Part shown: positions 9,058 to 19,194 of the stretch, in pieces
How positions within the stretch are numbered: the first letter of the stretch is position 1
How the letters are laid out: the number at the start of each line of letters is the position of its first letter
IMG/VR virus record: IMGVR_UViG_3300017971_000001
Location: 124,001 to 188,000 of that record
Reading direction: 5' to 3' (one strand)
Length of the DNA stretch: 64,000 nucleotides
Position numbers and translations under genes: made by a program
Notes under the pieces: model-generated
The model's input: only the letters and a program-made list of their open reading frames with translations
Told to the model about the DNA's origin: nothing
Databases searched by the model: none

Positions 9058-11136
9058 CTATCGGGACTTGCGCTTTTTCAGCGCGCCTCCTGCCAGCGCC
9101 GCGGCTCCCGCCGCCCCGGCCGCGGTTGCGACCGCCGTCGTGACGCAGACTGGGCAGGGGTTGCTGCGAACCCGCCGCTGAGCAAACGCGTGATCGCTCA
9201 AGGTCAGTTGATCGCTGGCAATCTCGCCGTCGGCCCACAGCGTGCTCAGCCACTCCCAGGCGAGATCGGCTTCGATCACTCGCTCGTAGTTGGGTTCGAG
9301 TCCGTTCTCGCCCCCGATCGCCGTTACGGTCGCCAGGTGATTGGCCGTTTGGATCGGCTCGCCCTCGTAGAGGCTCACGACGTAGTAGAAATCTTCGTAG
9401 TTCTCCATGTGCGACAGCGACCAGTCGTATTCAACCCCGAAGACCCAGCCCCTTTCTTCCGCCTCGCGCTCCGCCCAGGCCAGGTCGACCGCGTTGCGCA
9501 CACGGTGCTCGATCTGCTCAATCGCGTCCGCGCCAGCAGGGTGCGACCAGCCTGCCCACTCATACATGTATCGCTCGGCTTCGTTGAGGTTGAAGCGAGC
9601 GAGGACCGTCTCCTCAAGCTTGCCGTGAAGTTCAAGCAGGCGAATGTATTCCTCCTGCTCCTCGGGCGTGCGCTGCTTGCGCTCGAGCTCTCGGATCCGC
9701 TGGTCGCCGCGGGGTGGATTGAAGCCGATCCTCCTCCTGAGAATGGCCTGGCGAATCGACTCGATTCCGATCTTGTCCCAAGGCGACCCGCACCTGCCCT
9801 GCATGACGAACGCATGAAGTTCGTGAGGGGCGTAGTACCTCAGCAGCATGTCGGCTCGGAGCAATCGAGGCTCCTGGGCCTGTGAAGTCGGGGCGTCCCG
9901 CTCAAGGACGATCTGGCCGTCGCGGGTCAGAGCGCAATCAACAAGATCCTCGCTCATGACCTCAACGACTTCGAACTTTATTCCGTGAGCGTCCCCCAGG
10001 GCCTCAGCACATGCCAGCATTTTCGCGTTCTGGATCCGAGCTTCGATTCGAGCCATTTCACCGCGGCGGCGTTCGTCAAAAGCGGACCACCCGTAGCCAG
10101 ATCGCTCGTAGAAGTAACGCTCGGCAGGAGTGAGCGTCTGCGGGATCACGTGCTCCTCCAAGCGCCCGAGCTCGCCATGAAGTTCAAGCAGGCGAATGTA
10201 CTCTTCCTGCTCTTCCGGCGAGCGCTCGATCCGCTCGAGCTCGCGAATCCGCTCGTCCCCGCGAGGCGGGTTGAGCATGACGACGTCGTGCCCCTCGGCC
10301 GCCAACTCCCGCAGGAGTCGCTTCAGACTCGTGAGCGCGTTCTTCCAGGATCGCGGGTCACTGGCCGTCTTGGGAAAACCGATCGTCTTGCCCTTGATCT
10401 TGTAGATCAAGTGCTTCTTGCTGCGAACTAGCTTGGCGTCGTTCTGCTCGAGCAGCCACTTGACCTGGGAGAGCGCGTCACTGGAGCGCCCCTTCTTCTT
10501 GCCCTTCTTCCTCTTCTTCTTGGGATTCCTGCGCACGATCACGCTCCATTGCCGTTCGTTCAATCGCCCCAGGAACTGGTCCAGCGCGAGCTCGAGATCG
10601 TCGGTCGGGGCCGTGCTCCCGTAGCTCATGAGGCCCGGCGTCGCGTCCCGGACCGCCCAGCGCAGCGCAGACGGATCGCCCTGCTCGAGCCAGGCACGCA
10701 GCAACTCCTTGCGCCAGGGCTCGGCGCGCCGCTCGGCGAGCGTCCCCCAGAACGGGGTCAGCGAAATCGTATCAACGCGAAGGAAGTCCCCCGCCGCGGC
10801 CCGCGCCTGAGGCGTCGAGCGGGACAGGCGCCTTATGCGGGCCTCTACGTGATCCAGGAGCTCGTCGTCCAGAACGCGTTCGCCGGACGTAAAGGGCGAG
10901 GCGATCGGGTTGCTCATGACGCCCTCAAACAGAGGTCCTGGGCCCTCGTCTTCACGCGGGTCGTAGATCGGCGGAGGTTCAATTCCGACGCGATCTCGCT
11001 TCTGCTTGGCGTCGAGCCAACTCTGGTAGCTCTTCTCGAGCTCTTCGCGCCGGGCTCGCCGATCTTTGATCGCGCGAATGCGGGCGCGCTCTCGCTCGCT
11101 CGAGATCCACCAGGCCCAGTCTTCCCATTCGCTCAT
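9058..11136 (-). CDS. NP-delimited multi-module protein with HicA-like domain and two DER modules
   Basis: Start MSEWED; five NP motifs; duplicated NPPRGD(E/Q)RIRELER..PEEQEEYIRLLELHG; HicA-like segment ~10290-10490. Confidence 0.7.
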   Translation of the reverse strand: MSEWEDWAWWISSERERARIRAIKDRRARREELEKSYQSWLDAKQKRDRVGIEPPPIYDPREDEGPGPLFEGVMSNPIASPFTSGERVLDDELLDHVEARIRRLSRSTPQARAAAGDFLRVDTISLTPFWGTLAERRAEPWRKELLRAWLEQGDPSALRWAVRDATPGLMSYGSTAPTDDLELALDQFLGRLNERQWSVIVRRNPKKKRKKGKKKGRSSDALSQVKWLLEQNDAKLVRSKKHLIYKIKGKTIGFPKTASDPRSWKNALTSLKRLLRELAAEGHDVVMLNPPRGDERIRELERIERSPEEQEEYIRLLELHGELGRLEEHVIPQTLTPAERYFYERSGYGWSAFDERRRGEMARIEARIQNAKMLACAEALGDAHGIKFEVVEVMSEDLVDCALTRDGQIVLERDAPTSQAQEPRLLRADMLLRYYAPHELHAFVMQGRCGSPWDKIGIESIRQAILRRRIGFNPPRGDQRIRELERKQRTPEEQEEYIRLLELHGKLEETVLARFNLNEAERYMYEWAGWSHPAGADAIEQIEHRVRNAVDLAWAEREAEERGWVFGVEYDWSLSHMENYEDFYYVVSLYEGEPIQTANHLATVTAIGGENGLEPNYERVIEADLAWEWLSTLWADGEIASDQLTLSDHAFAQRRVRSNPCPVCVTTAVATAAGAAGAAALAGGALKKRKSR

Positions 11137-11143
11137 GCTGCCC

Positions 11144-13975
11144 TCAGAACAAGTAGGCCTGGCGGGGATCGTCGAGCAGCCGGCCGCAGCGAACGATAAT
11201 GTTCGCCCCGAGTTTGCTGAGGTAGATCTCACCCCCCTCGTAGAGAGTGCGCAACGCCTCGGCCGCCTCAGCGCCCAGCCTACCCAGCACGAAGTGCTCG
11301 TGACCGAAAGCGTGAACCATGCGGCACCAGGTCCGCAGCAACGCTCGCAGTTCGTTCAGGTCCGAAAAGATCACGTCGTAGAGCACGAGCGACTTACCGA
11401 GCCGGGCGACCAGGCCCCCTCCGCGCTCGCTCGCGCCGCGCCCCCCAAAGCGACCGGCGACGATCGCGCCCGAGAACGGGTCCATGGGCAGGTAGCCGAT
11501 CTCGACAACCGACTCTTGCCCCCAGCCCGACCGCATGCTGATCTCGAGCCCGCTCTCTGCGTCGCGCCAGCTGTACTCCTTCGGATTCTCGACCGGCCGG
11601 AGCACATACTTCCGCCCTTCCTTGCCGAGCTCGGCACGCAAGGCGTCGAAGGAGCGATCGAAGACACGATCAGAGAACAGGACTGGAGGTGCCCCGGCGC
11701 TCAAGGACGCGTCGATCTGCTCCGGGGTCAGATCCGTCGATCGGTCGTTCGCCCGTCCCAAGGCGTCGACAAGGACCTCGCGCGACAAGGCGACGTTGCC
11801 CTCCAAGAGCTCGCGACGGACACCGGGAGCCATGCGGCGGAACGCCGTGACGAGCTCGGCGCGCAGGGCGTTGCTTCGGTCCTGCTTGGTCTCGCGCCGC
11901 TTCTTGGCACGCTTCTTGGTCTTGGCGCGCTTCTCCTCCAGGCGCTCGACGGCTCCGCCGCCCTCGTAGCGCTGCCGAGCGGCAGCGAGGAGTTCCTCGC
12001 CCCGCTTCTTCATGGACCCGCCGCTCGCCTTGTGCCAGTTGCCGGGCTTGCCCTTGAGCAACTCGTAGCTGCGCTTCTTGAACTTGATCCGCCGGTTGCC
12101 GTCGGGGTGGCGCAACCCGCCCCACTGATCGCGCGTCCAGCCTCGGCCCAGGTAGTAGGCAGAGATCAGATCGGCGCCCAGGTCCGTCGTGACCTTCTTC
12201 TTGCGGCCGGCAACCTTGAGCACTTCAGCGTCGCCGGGCTCGAGTCCGAGCGCTAGTCGAGCAACCTCGTCCTTGTTCGCAGCCTGAGTGAGCACGCGAC
12301 CCTTGTCGGCCTCACCGATCCGCAACCGCTCGCGCAGCAAGTTCGCCTCAGCCTCAGGCGTCGGCGATTCCTGGAACTCCCGTTCGGCGCGGGCAAAGCG
12401 ATCGTCGGGGTTCATTTGCCGGGGCGGCCCGGAACGCTGGTAAGGGCGAGGTGGCCAGTTGTCCGCAAACTCTTCGATCGAAGCCATGGCGTAATCGACG
12501 CTGGCCTTCGCTTCTTCGATATGGCCGTTTTCGATTTGGTGGACCGCGGAAACGACCGCGGACAGAGGCCCGCGCAGTTCTTCTTGGTGACCGCTTTGGA
12601 CGTAGAGGTCGTCCGTTCGACTCAAGAGCCTGCGGAGATCGGCGCCTGCGTACTGCGCGTACCGATCCGGATCGGTGTGCAGTCCCTCCCAAACGTCCAG
12701 GAGTCGATCAGAGAGGTTCTTAGCGATCCAGGCCTGGTAATCACTTCGGGCAGGATTTCCGCGCGCAGGCCAAACCGGGCGCCCGTCGCGCGGCGGCGGC
12801 TCGTGCAGGTAGGCCCACATGATCAATCCGAGGTGCTGGCGCGTCGGGATCCAAGCGCCTCGCTTCGCGCTCCACTCCCAAAACGGACGGCCGCTCTCTT
12901 CCATTTGGGTGACGTGCCGGGCAATGAACTCGCCGCGGCGATCCCACCAGGACGTCTTCGCTGTCGCCTTGCGCTTCTTGAGCGCTGACTTCTTTCCTTT
13001 GACCGCCTTGTAGGCCTGAAGGAATCCTTCGCCTGTGACCTTGCTGCTTCCCTTGCGAGCCACCTCGCTGACACCACGCTCCTCAGCCAACGGCTCCCAC
13101 TTCCTGACCTCGGCCAGGGAGAGGTAGGGACGAGCGGCGCCCCACCTCTTCGTACGGCTTGGGTTTGCCTTGACGAGCTTCCGAGCCGCTCCAGCCGCGT
13201 CCCTGGCAGCGCCAACGGCTCCCTCGCCTGCTTTGGTGATCGCGCCCTCGGCGAGGTCGGTCACAGGCTGGGTAATCCACTTGTCGATCCGGTTGGTCAC
13301 GAGCTCGGCAGCAGCACCCGAAGCCGTCCAGCCGATCAATTTGCCCACGAGCTCGGTCCCCGAAAGGCCGAACGGATTGTCTCGATAACGGCGCTGGAGC
13401 GTGCGCTCGTGCTCCGCCTCGTCGAAGTATGCGTCGATCGCGTCCTGGATCTCGCCCAGCGAGACCTCCGAGGGCTCCATGTCGGCACGCAGGTAGCCCA
13501 CGCGCTGCAACTCACGGGCGAGCTCGGTCAGCAGGCGCGCATATCGCTCTCCGCTCGAGGCGTGCAGCTGCCGGTAGAGCAAGCGCATGCGCTCGTCCCG
13601 GCTCGGGTTCCTCTTCGCCTTGGAGGGCTTGTCCTTGGGGGTCATTTCGTTTGCCTCGCGAACGAGCTCGGCGATCTCAGGGGGGTAGGGGACGCGTTGA
13701 CCCTTTTTGGCCTTGACCTTCTTCTTGACCTGCTTGAGCAAGATCGAGCGACCCTGCTTGGTCTTGTTGAGCTCTCTGATTGCGTGAATCGGCAGGCAGA
13801 GCGGCGGGCGATCGCCTGAGAGACGGGTGCCCTTCGCGCCGCACTTGTGCGACCAGTCCAGGTCCTTGTTGTATTGTCCCTTCTTCAGCGGCGTGCTGTC
13901 GCGATTCTTGCGCAGCAAGATCGAGCGCCAGTCTTGCTGGGTCCACTGCCACGACTGGTATCCAGGCGCTCCCAC
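11144..13975 (-). CDS. 943-aa NP-delimited multi-module protein
   Basis: KRNPSRDERMR, RDNPFG, KANPSR, RGNPAR and QMNPDDRF at composition boundaries. Confidence 0.7.
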   Translation of the reverse strand: MGAPGYQSWQWTQQDWRSILLRKNRDSTPLKKGQYNKDLDWSHKCGAKGTRLSGDRPPLCLPIHAIRELNKTKQGRSILLKQVKKKVKAKKGQRVPYPPEIAELVREANEMTPKDKPSKAKRNPSRDERMRLLYRQLHASSGERYARLLTELARELQRVGYLRADMEPSEVSLGEIQDAIDAYFDEAEHERTLQRRYRDNPFGLSGTELVGKLIGWTASGAAAELVTNRIDKWITQPVTDLAEGAITKAGEGAVGAARDAAGAARKLVKANPSRTKRWGAARPYLSLAEVRKWEPLAEERGVSEVARKGSSKVTGEGFLQAYKAVKGKKSALKKRKATAKTSWWDRRGEFIARHVTQMEESGRPFWEWSAKRGAWIPTRQHLGLIMWAYLHEPPPRDGRPVWPARGNPARSDYQAWIAKNLSDRLLDVWEGLHTDPDRYAQYAGADLRRLLSRTDDLYVQSGHQEELRGPLSAVVSAVHQIENGHIEEAKASVDYAMASIEEFADNWPPRPYQRSGPPRQMNPDDRFARAEREFQESPTPEAEANLLRERLRIGEADKGRVLTQAANKDEVARLALGLEPGDAEVLKVAGRKKKVTTDLGADLISAYYLGRGWTRDQWGGLRHPDGNRRIKFKKRSYELLKGKPGNWHKASGGSMKKRGEELLAAARQRYEGGGAVERLEEKRAKTKKRAKKRRETKQDRSNALRAELVTAFRRMAPGVRRELLEGNVALSREVLVDALGRANDRSTDLTPEQIDASLSAGAPPVLFSDRVFDRSFDALRAELGKEGRKYVLRPVENPKEYSWRDAESGLEISMRSGWGQESVVEIGYLPMDPFSGAIVAGRFGGRGASERGGGLVARLGKSLVLYDVIFSDLNELRALLRTWCRMVHAFGHEHFVLGRLGAEAAEALRTLYEGGEIYLSKLGANIIVRCGRLLDDPRQAYLF

Positions 13976-14397
13976 TAGGACGGCTCCTTCGCAAGCACGA
14001 CCGCGCGCTCTCCGAATCCGTCGTAGACCTTGAGGAGGACAACCTCGGCGGCCCCCTCGAACGTCTCCTCGGTGTCACGATAGAAGAAGTGCGGACCGTG
14101 GGTCATGCAGTTGTAGCGAAGCTCGCGCCAGGGGCCCGGCGGGACCTCCTTGACCTCGCCGTCGATCTCTCCGTCCAGGTAAGCGTGAACGTTGCGCTGA
14201 CCCTTCTCGCGAGCCCGCTCCCAGCCCGAGCAAACGACATGAGGCTTGCAGCCCCTCAAGCGCAGCCCGCGGGCGTACCCTTCGACCTTTCCGTCACGCG
14301 TAACCGCAAAGCAGAGGTTGTGCAGGTTGTAGTGGACGCGCGCCTTGCCCGAAAAGTTGGTCAGCGGGCGGTCGATCGGATCGCAGCAGCGGATCAT
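13975..14397 (-). CDS. Phage-type hypothetical protein
   Basis: RVHYNLH, RNVHAY and LRYN motifs; coupled to neighbours. Confidence 0.6.
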   Translation of the reverse strand: MIRCCDPIDRPLTNFSGKARVHYNLHNLCFAVTRDGKVEGYARGLRLRGCKPHVVCSGWERAREKGQRNVHAYLDGEIDGEVKEVPPGPWRELRYNCMTHGPHFFYRDTEETFEGAAEVVLLKVYDGFGERAVVLAKEPS

Positions 14398-16637
14398 GAT
14401 CCCTCCACGGGGTCCGGAAGGCCGTCGAACGGATCCTCCTCCAGGCCGAAGAATCGCTGCATGAACGAACGGTGCTCGAGGGGAACGTGGTTCACGTTAT
14501 AGGGGTCATACTCTTCGACTCGAACCTGAAAGCTCCCAAGGCGGTATACCCAGCCAGGAACGAAGTCAGGGTCGACGCCGTATCCTCCAGAGTTCAGAGG
14601 CCACAGCCGGATTCCCCCCGCCCCGCCCCCTGGGAAGCGAAAGTCGACGTGCGGAATCAAAAAGACCGGAGGGCCCTCGTCTTCACCAGTGAAAGCGAAC
14701 TCGAAATAGACGCGGTCGACGACGACAACAGACCGGTCATTGTCAAGCCACTCTTCGGTCGTGTATCCATGACCGCTCGGAAAATTCCCCGCACGAAAAG
14801 CTCGGCGCGCCTGAACAGGCGACCAACGAAGCGTGATCTTCTCTCCGGGACTGGGCAGAAATCCGAGCTCCTGAAGGATCGCGAGGTCCTCCGCGAGCTC
14901 CCTGCTCGTCGGGATATCAAGTTCCCCCAAAGGACTGGCTCCCTCTGGAACGAAATGGTAGAGCGGGGGGCGTGGCTCGACCCCGCGACGGATACGCTCG
15001 ATCCGAGCGGCGATCGGATCGCGACCGCGCTCGAGCCGCCGCATGCGCTCGTCGGGGTTGTTGCGGACGCGCCCCGGCCAGTCAATTTCAATTTCTTCGC
15101 CAATACGTGGCGCCTTCCAGGCGCCGCCGGCCAGCCTAGCGTCTATGTAAAACCTCGAGCCGCTTACCTCAAAATAGATCGTAGGCCGAAGCCAGTCTCC
15201 AGGGACAACCTCGCAAGGGTCTGGAAATTCATACCTCAGGTCAGCGCACTTCGTGACCACTTCTCCGTTCAAACCGCGGGACCAACGAGGCCTAAACGAC
15301 GGATAGCCCAACGAGGGATCCCAGCTAATCCTGATCTCTGAATCGAACTGAGGAAGCAGGCCGAGCTCCTGCTGAATCGAAATGATCTCTTGGATCTCTT
15401 CCCGAGAGGGGATTCCGCCTCGGCCGAAAGCGTCTATGCCTGGGTAGCAGCGGCGGAGATCAACGTAACTCTCTTCCGCCGGGACGTTGTCGAACTTGAA
15501 CTCGAGCGGAGGCACCGGCTCGACCCCGCGGCGAATTCGCTCGATTCGGGCAGCGATCGGATCGTCGCTGCGCCCGAGTCGGCGCATGCGCTCGTCGGGG
15601 TTGCTGCGGACGCGTCGCTTGAGGTAAGACCGGTAGCTCTTGGTGGTCGGGCGGACGTGCCCGGTCGGGCAAGACCCGTCTTCGAGACAGGCTCCCAGGC
15701 CGACGTCGGTGATCTTGGTCGGCACGGGATCAAAGCGTGCCAGCGCGTCGTTCACCAGGCGGAGGTGGTGGCCCGGCAGCGCCAGGTAGACCTCCTGATA
15801 CTTGGGCGCGACCAGGCAGAACCAGTCCCCAATTCGATCGACGAGCTCAGCACGAGCCGCGCCGCGGAGGTGCTTGGGCGGGAAGTCGTAACCCGTCTGG
15901 GGGTATTCGCGCGACCATGCGTAGGGAACGATTCCGAGCGGCTCGCTGACCACGAACAGGTCGAGCTTCTTGCCCTTGAGCCCCTTGAGGTAGCCGTGCT
16001 TGTGGCTCGGCGCCTCAGGGAAGGGTTTGGTCCCAGCACAGGGGACGAGGACAGCCTTCTTGTGCTTCGGCTTGAAGCGGTGCGCCTTCTTACGGTTCTT
16101 GACGATCAGCGGGTGCTTGATCGCGCGCAGGCCCTGACGCGGCGAGCGGACGCGGAAGTAAGGCGGGTTCTTCCGGAACGACTGACGCGACTTGTAGACC
16201 ACGATCGGGATCATGTATCCGAACGCGCGCTCGAGGTCCACGTAGAGGTCGCCCTGTCGACTCCGGCGCCCCAGGTGTCGCAAACGGAGCTCCCCGGATT
16301 CACCTCCGAAGTCGAACAGGACGTCGATTACCTTGTAGCGCTCGCCGCGGCGATCGACCACGAACACGTCAGCCGTCCCGGCTCCGGCCGCGGCCAGAAG
16401 ATCCTCCCAGGTGTTGGGGTTGGTGATCCCCATGACCGGTCCGACGGTCAGCATGCTCTGCAGCGCCTGGGTGATCGCCGGCTTCTCGTAGGTCCCCTCA
16501 GGCTGATAGATCAGCGGCGCCTCGCCCGAAGCGAGGTCGGCAAAGACGAGGCCGCGAGGCGGAGTCGTCATGGTCTTGGGTGCCGGCATGGGCAGGAACG
16601 CCTCGGCGGACGCCGGCAGGAGCGGCTCTTCGCTCAC
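14394..16637 (-). CDS. NP-delimited multi-module protein with DUF5591/ArcS-TGT-associated-like domain and two DER modules
   Basis: LVPCAGTKPF..APSH, VVSEPLGIVP, YP..GYDFP; duplicated NPDERMRRL...DPIAARIERIRRGVEP. Confidence 0.7.
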   Translation of the reverse strand: MSEEPLLPASAEAFLPMPAPKTMTTPPRGLVFADLASGEAPLIYQPEGTYEKPAITQALQSMLTVGPVMGITNPNTWEDLLAAAGAGTADVFVVDRRGERYKVIDVLFDFGGESGELRLRHLGRRSRQGDLYVDLERAFGYMIPIVVYKSRQSFRKNPPYFRVRSPRQGLRAIKHPLIVKNRKKAHRFKPKHKKAVLVPCAGTKPFPEAPSHKHGYLKGLKGKKLDLFVVSEPLGIVPYAWSREYPQTGYDFPPKHLRGAARAELVDRIGDWFCLVAPKYQEVYLALPGHHLRLVNDALARFDPVPTKITDVGLGACLEDGSCPTGHVRPTTKSYRSYLKRRVRSNPDERMRRLGRSDDPIAARIERIRRGVEPVPPLEFKFDNVPAEESYVDLRRCYPGIDAFGRGGIPSREEIQEIISIQQELGLLPQFDSEIRISWDPSLGYPSFRPRWSRGLNGEVVTKCADLRYEFPDPCEVVPGDWLRPTIYFEVSGSRFYIDARLAGGAWKAPRIGEEIEIDWPGRVRNNPDERMRRLERGRDPIAARIERIRRGVEPRPPLYHFVPEGASPLGELDIPTSRELAEDLAILQELGFLPSPGEKITLRWSPVQARRAFRAGNFPSGHGYTTEEWLDNDRSVVVVDRVYFEFAFTGEDEGPPVFLIPHVDFRFPGGGAGGIRLWPLNSGGYGVDPDFVPGWVYRLGSFQVRVEEYDPYNVNHVPLEHRSFMQRFFGLEEDPFDGLPDPVEGS

Positions 16638-18046
16638 CCTTCACCTCGCAGGTAGCGCGTCAGGAGACCGTCGTCTCCGTAGAGGAGGTCCATACAGAAA
16701 GAGTCAAAGGCCTCCGAGTCCAATTCAAGGCGAACCAGAAAGTCGGCTTCATACGCGTCGCCGGCCGGGTGAACCTCCAAGAAGCCAACGACGCCATGCG
16801 CGCGATCGGCCAAGAGGTCCCAGTAGCCCTCGCGGCTCAGGTGCCCTTCGAGGAACTCGAGCCATATGTCCCACGGCCCAAGCGGCTCCTCGAGCGGAAG
16901 ATCCCACTCAGAACGGAAGGCCGCGGCCGCGGCCGCAATGTCCCCCTGCTTGACCTCCACGAAAGGACTCAAAACGTCCAACAAGAGATTACGAAGCGAA
17001 GCAAGAGGGCTCAGCATTCCGGAGATCTCTTCGTAGTAAAGAGACTCCCCTTCGCTCCGAGACTCCCTTGAATAGACGGCAAGATAGGGCGCGACGCCGT
17101 AGCCGCTCACGCTTGGCCCGAGGGACGGCCAGTCTACGAAGAGACGAGCGTCCTCTCGCTGCGCTTCGTCCCGCGCGTTCTCGACCAACCACTCGGACAG
17201 CGCGCCGACGACCCCCAATCTCGCCGCCTGCAGCCGGCGCTCCAGGCGCTCAGCAGGAATCTCGCGGCCAGCTTGCGACTCGCGCGAAATGTCGTAGCAG
17301 AACAAAGCGACGAACGCCCAGAGCGGCGGGCCAGACAAGTTGTCGACATAGGTCTGCTCGGCCAGCGTGCCGTCGAAGAGCAGTCGGAACGCGTCGTCGT
17401 CCAAGTCCTCGAGCAAAACGAATTCCGCTCGCTGACGGGGCGTCGCGTGGCACCCGCGGTCGACCAGGACCTTTGGGGCCGCCAACAGCCCGAGCAGGTA
17501 GGCGTCCGCCGGGTGGATCACGCCCCGACGTGTTGCCTCACGCGTGTACCGCTCCCAGGCCTCTTGGGTGTTGTCTTCTTGAGCGCGCCTCAGAACTTCG
17601 CGCAGGCGCTCGCGACGGGGGTTCAGCGCCACCTGGAGTCCCTTTGCACGCTTGGTGCTGGGCCAGCGCAGGTCGTAACCGATCTTGACGCCCGTGACTG
17701 CCGACCCCGCTCGATCCGCCCCCGGCTCGTCCGCCTCAGGGTCGGCGACGTGACCGATCTCGTGCGCGAACAGCGCCTTGCGGTTCTTCCTGGGCAGCCA
17801 GCGCGTCTGCTCGGCGAGTTCGAAGATCGGTGGCTCTTCTCCGACGCGAACCTGGGCGTAACGGCGCGCGTTCTCCTCATGCGTCTGCGTGAGCTCTCGC
17901 GGCCAACGGAGCACGAAGGGCCCCTTGAAGCCCGCCTTGCGGTAGAGGGCCTCATACTCCCTGCGGATCTGATCGCGCGATACAGGCCGCTTGAGCTTTG
18001 GGTGCTTATGTCTCCGGCAGAACTCTCGGCCGCTGGACCTGCTCAT
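16634..18046 (-). CDS. HExxH zincin-like domain, NP junction, DER-module domain
   Basis: LFAHEIGHV..E..AD; then ALNPRRERLREVLRRAQEDNTQEAWERYTREATRRG. Confidence 0.65.
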   Translation of the reverse strand: MSRSSGREFCRRHKHPKLKRPVSRDQIRREYEALYRKAGFKGPFVLRWPRELTQTHEENARRYAQVRVGEEPPIFELAEQTRWLPRKNRKALFAHEIGHVADPEADEPGADRAGSAVTGVKIGYDLRWPSTKRAKGLQVALNPRRERLREVLRRAQEDNTQEAWERYTREATRRGVIHPADAYLLGLLAAPKVLVDRGCHATPRQRAEFVLLEDLDDDAFRLLFDGTLAEQTYVDNLSGPPLWAFVALFCYDISRESQAGREIPAERLERRLQAARLGVVGALSEWLVENARDEAQREDARLFVDWPSLGPSVSGYGVAPYLAVYSRESRSEGESLYYEEISGMLSPLASLRNLLLDVLSPFVEVKQGDIAAAAAAFRSEWDLPLEEPLGPWDIWLEFLEGHLSREGYWDLLADRAHGVVGFLEVHPAGDAYEADFLVRLELDSEAFDSFCMDLLYGDDGLLTRYLRGEG

Positions 18047-18555
18047 TCTTCGATCCTAGCGGATTATCCGGCCCCTTCCGCCGCAGCACGAGCCTGCCCA
18101 TGGGGAAGCGGCGCATGTCGTCCTGCTCGAATAGAAAGACCTCGGGGCAGGAGAAGCTCAGCCATTCGACGTACTTGCTGTTGCAGCGCGGACAGGCTCC
18201 GTAGGGACAGCTGGGGTCCTTGGCGAGACAGAGCTCGCAGAACGGATCTCGGCAAGGGTGCTGGGGCGGCTGAACGCCTTCCTTGCGATTCGTCCGCTCG
18301 TGCCACTCGGACCCGCACTTCATGCACTCGTAGGACTCGCGCTTCCCTGGCTTCTTGCAGCGGCTCGAAGCGTCCGAGAAGTCCAGGCGCGCTACCTTCT
18401 TGCAGCGATCGCAGCCGTTGTACCAGCCAAGGTCAAGGCAGCGATCGCACGTCATGGGAAAAGGCCCCTCAAGAACGGGAAGGTGGCGGCGCAGAAGGCG
18501 GCCAGGAAGAGCGCGACGGTAACAAAATCCACCCAGTGATAGGGATCCTTTTCGC

Positions 18556-19194
18556 TCACCGGGTGTGCCGCCTCAGCGCCTGCTGGTAGCTCCGCTGAAT
18601 GCCGGCGCGCACGAGCGCCTTGGCCTGATCGTCACTTAGCTGCCTTGTTGCCTGCTGCAGCTGGCGATTCCCTGCCGTGGCCCGATAGAGCATGGCGCGG
18701 GCCGCACGGGGATTCTTGGCTCGCTCCCGCGCCTGCATAGCCCGATAGCGAATGTAACTCCGCTTCCAGTCGTTGACCTTCTTCTCGGCCTGAGCCGCAG
18801 CGACAGACCCAACAGCCCGAGCAGCCGACACGCCCATACGAAGACGCTGGAGGAGGCTGAGGTCGCGATTCGGCTGCGACGCTGGGGCCGAGCGAGCCCG
18901 CTGATACCGAGCCGGAATCCTCAGCGTCGGTGGCTGACGAGGCTGGGTTCGGAACTGGACTGGGGCCGAGCCCGCAGGCTTTGCGGCGCGAGCCGGCGCA
19001 AACTTGGACGTCGTTCCGACCCTGGAGGGAGCGGTTCGACCGGCAGTCGGGCGATACTGGATCGGGTCCGGCCGAATCGGCATGCGGACCTGGGTCGCCT
19101 GGCGTGCGTACCCTCCAGCTGGGAAGCCCTGGGGGAGCGCTGCCCCGGCGGGCGTAAAGATCGAGGGCGGATTGCCCAGCTGCAGCATGCTCAC
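18556..19194 (-). CDS. Basic Ala/Arg/Pro-rich protein
   Basis: Almost no acidic residues; LGNPP near the N-terminus. Confidence 0.55.
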   Translation of the reverse strand: MSMLQLGNPPSIFTPAGAALPQGFPAGGYARQATQVRMPIRPDPIQYRPTAGRTAPSRVGTTSKFAPARAAKPAGSAPVQFRTQPRQPPTLRIPARYQRARSAPASQPNRDLSLLQRLRMGVSAARAVGSVAAAQAEKKVNDWKRSYIRYRAMQARERAKNPRAARAMLYRATAGNRQLQQATRQLSDDQAKALVRAGIQRSYQQALRRHTR

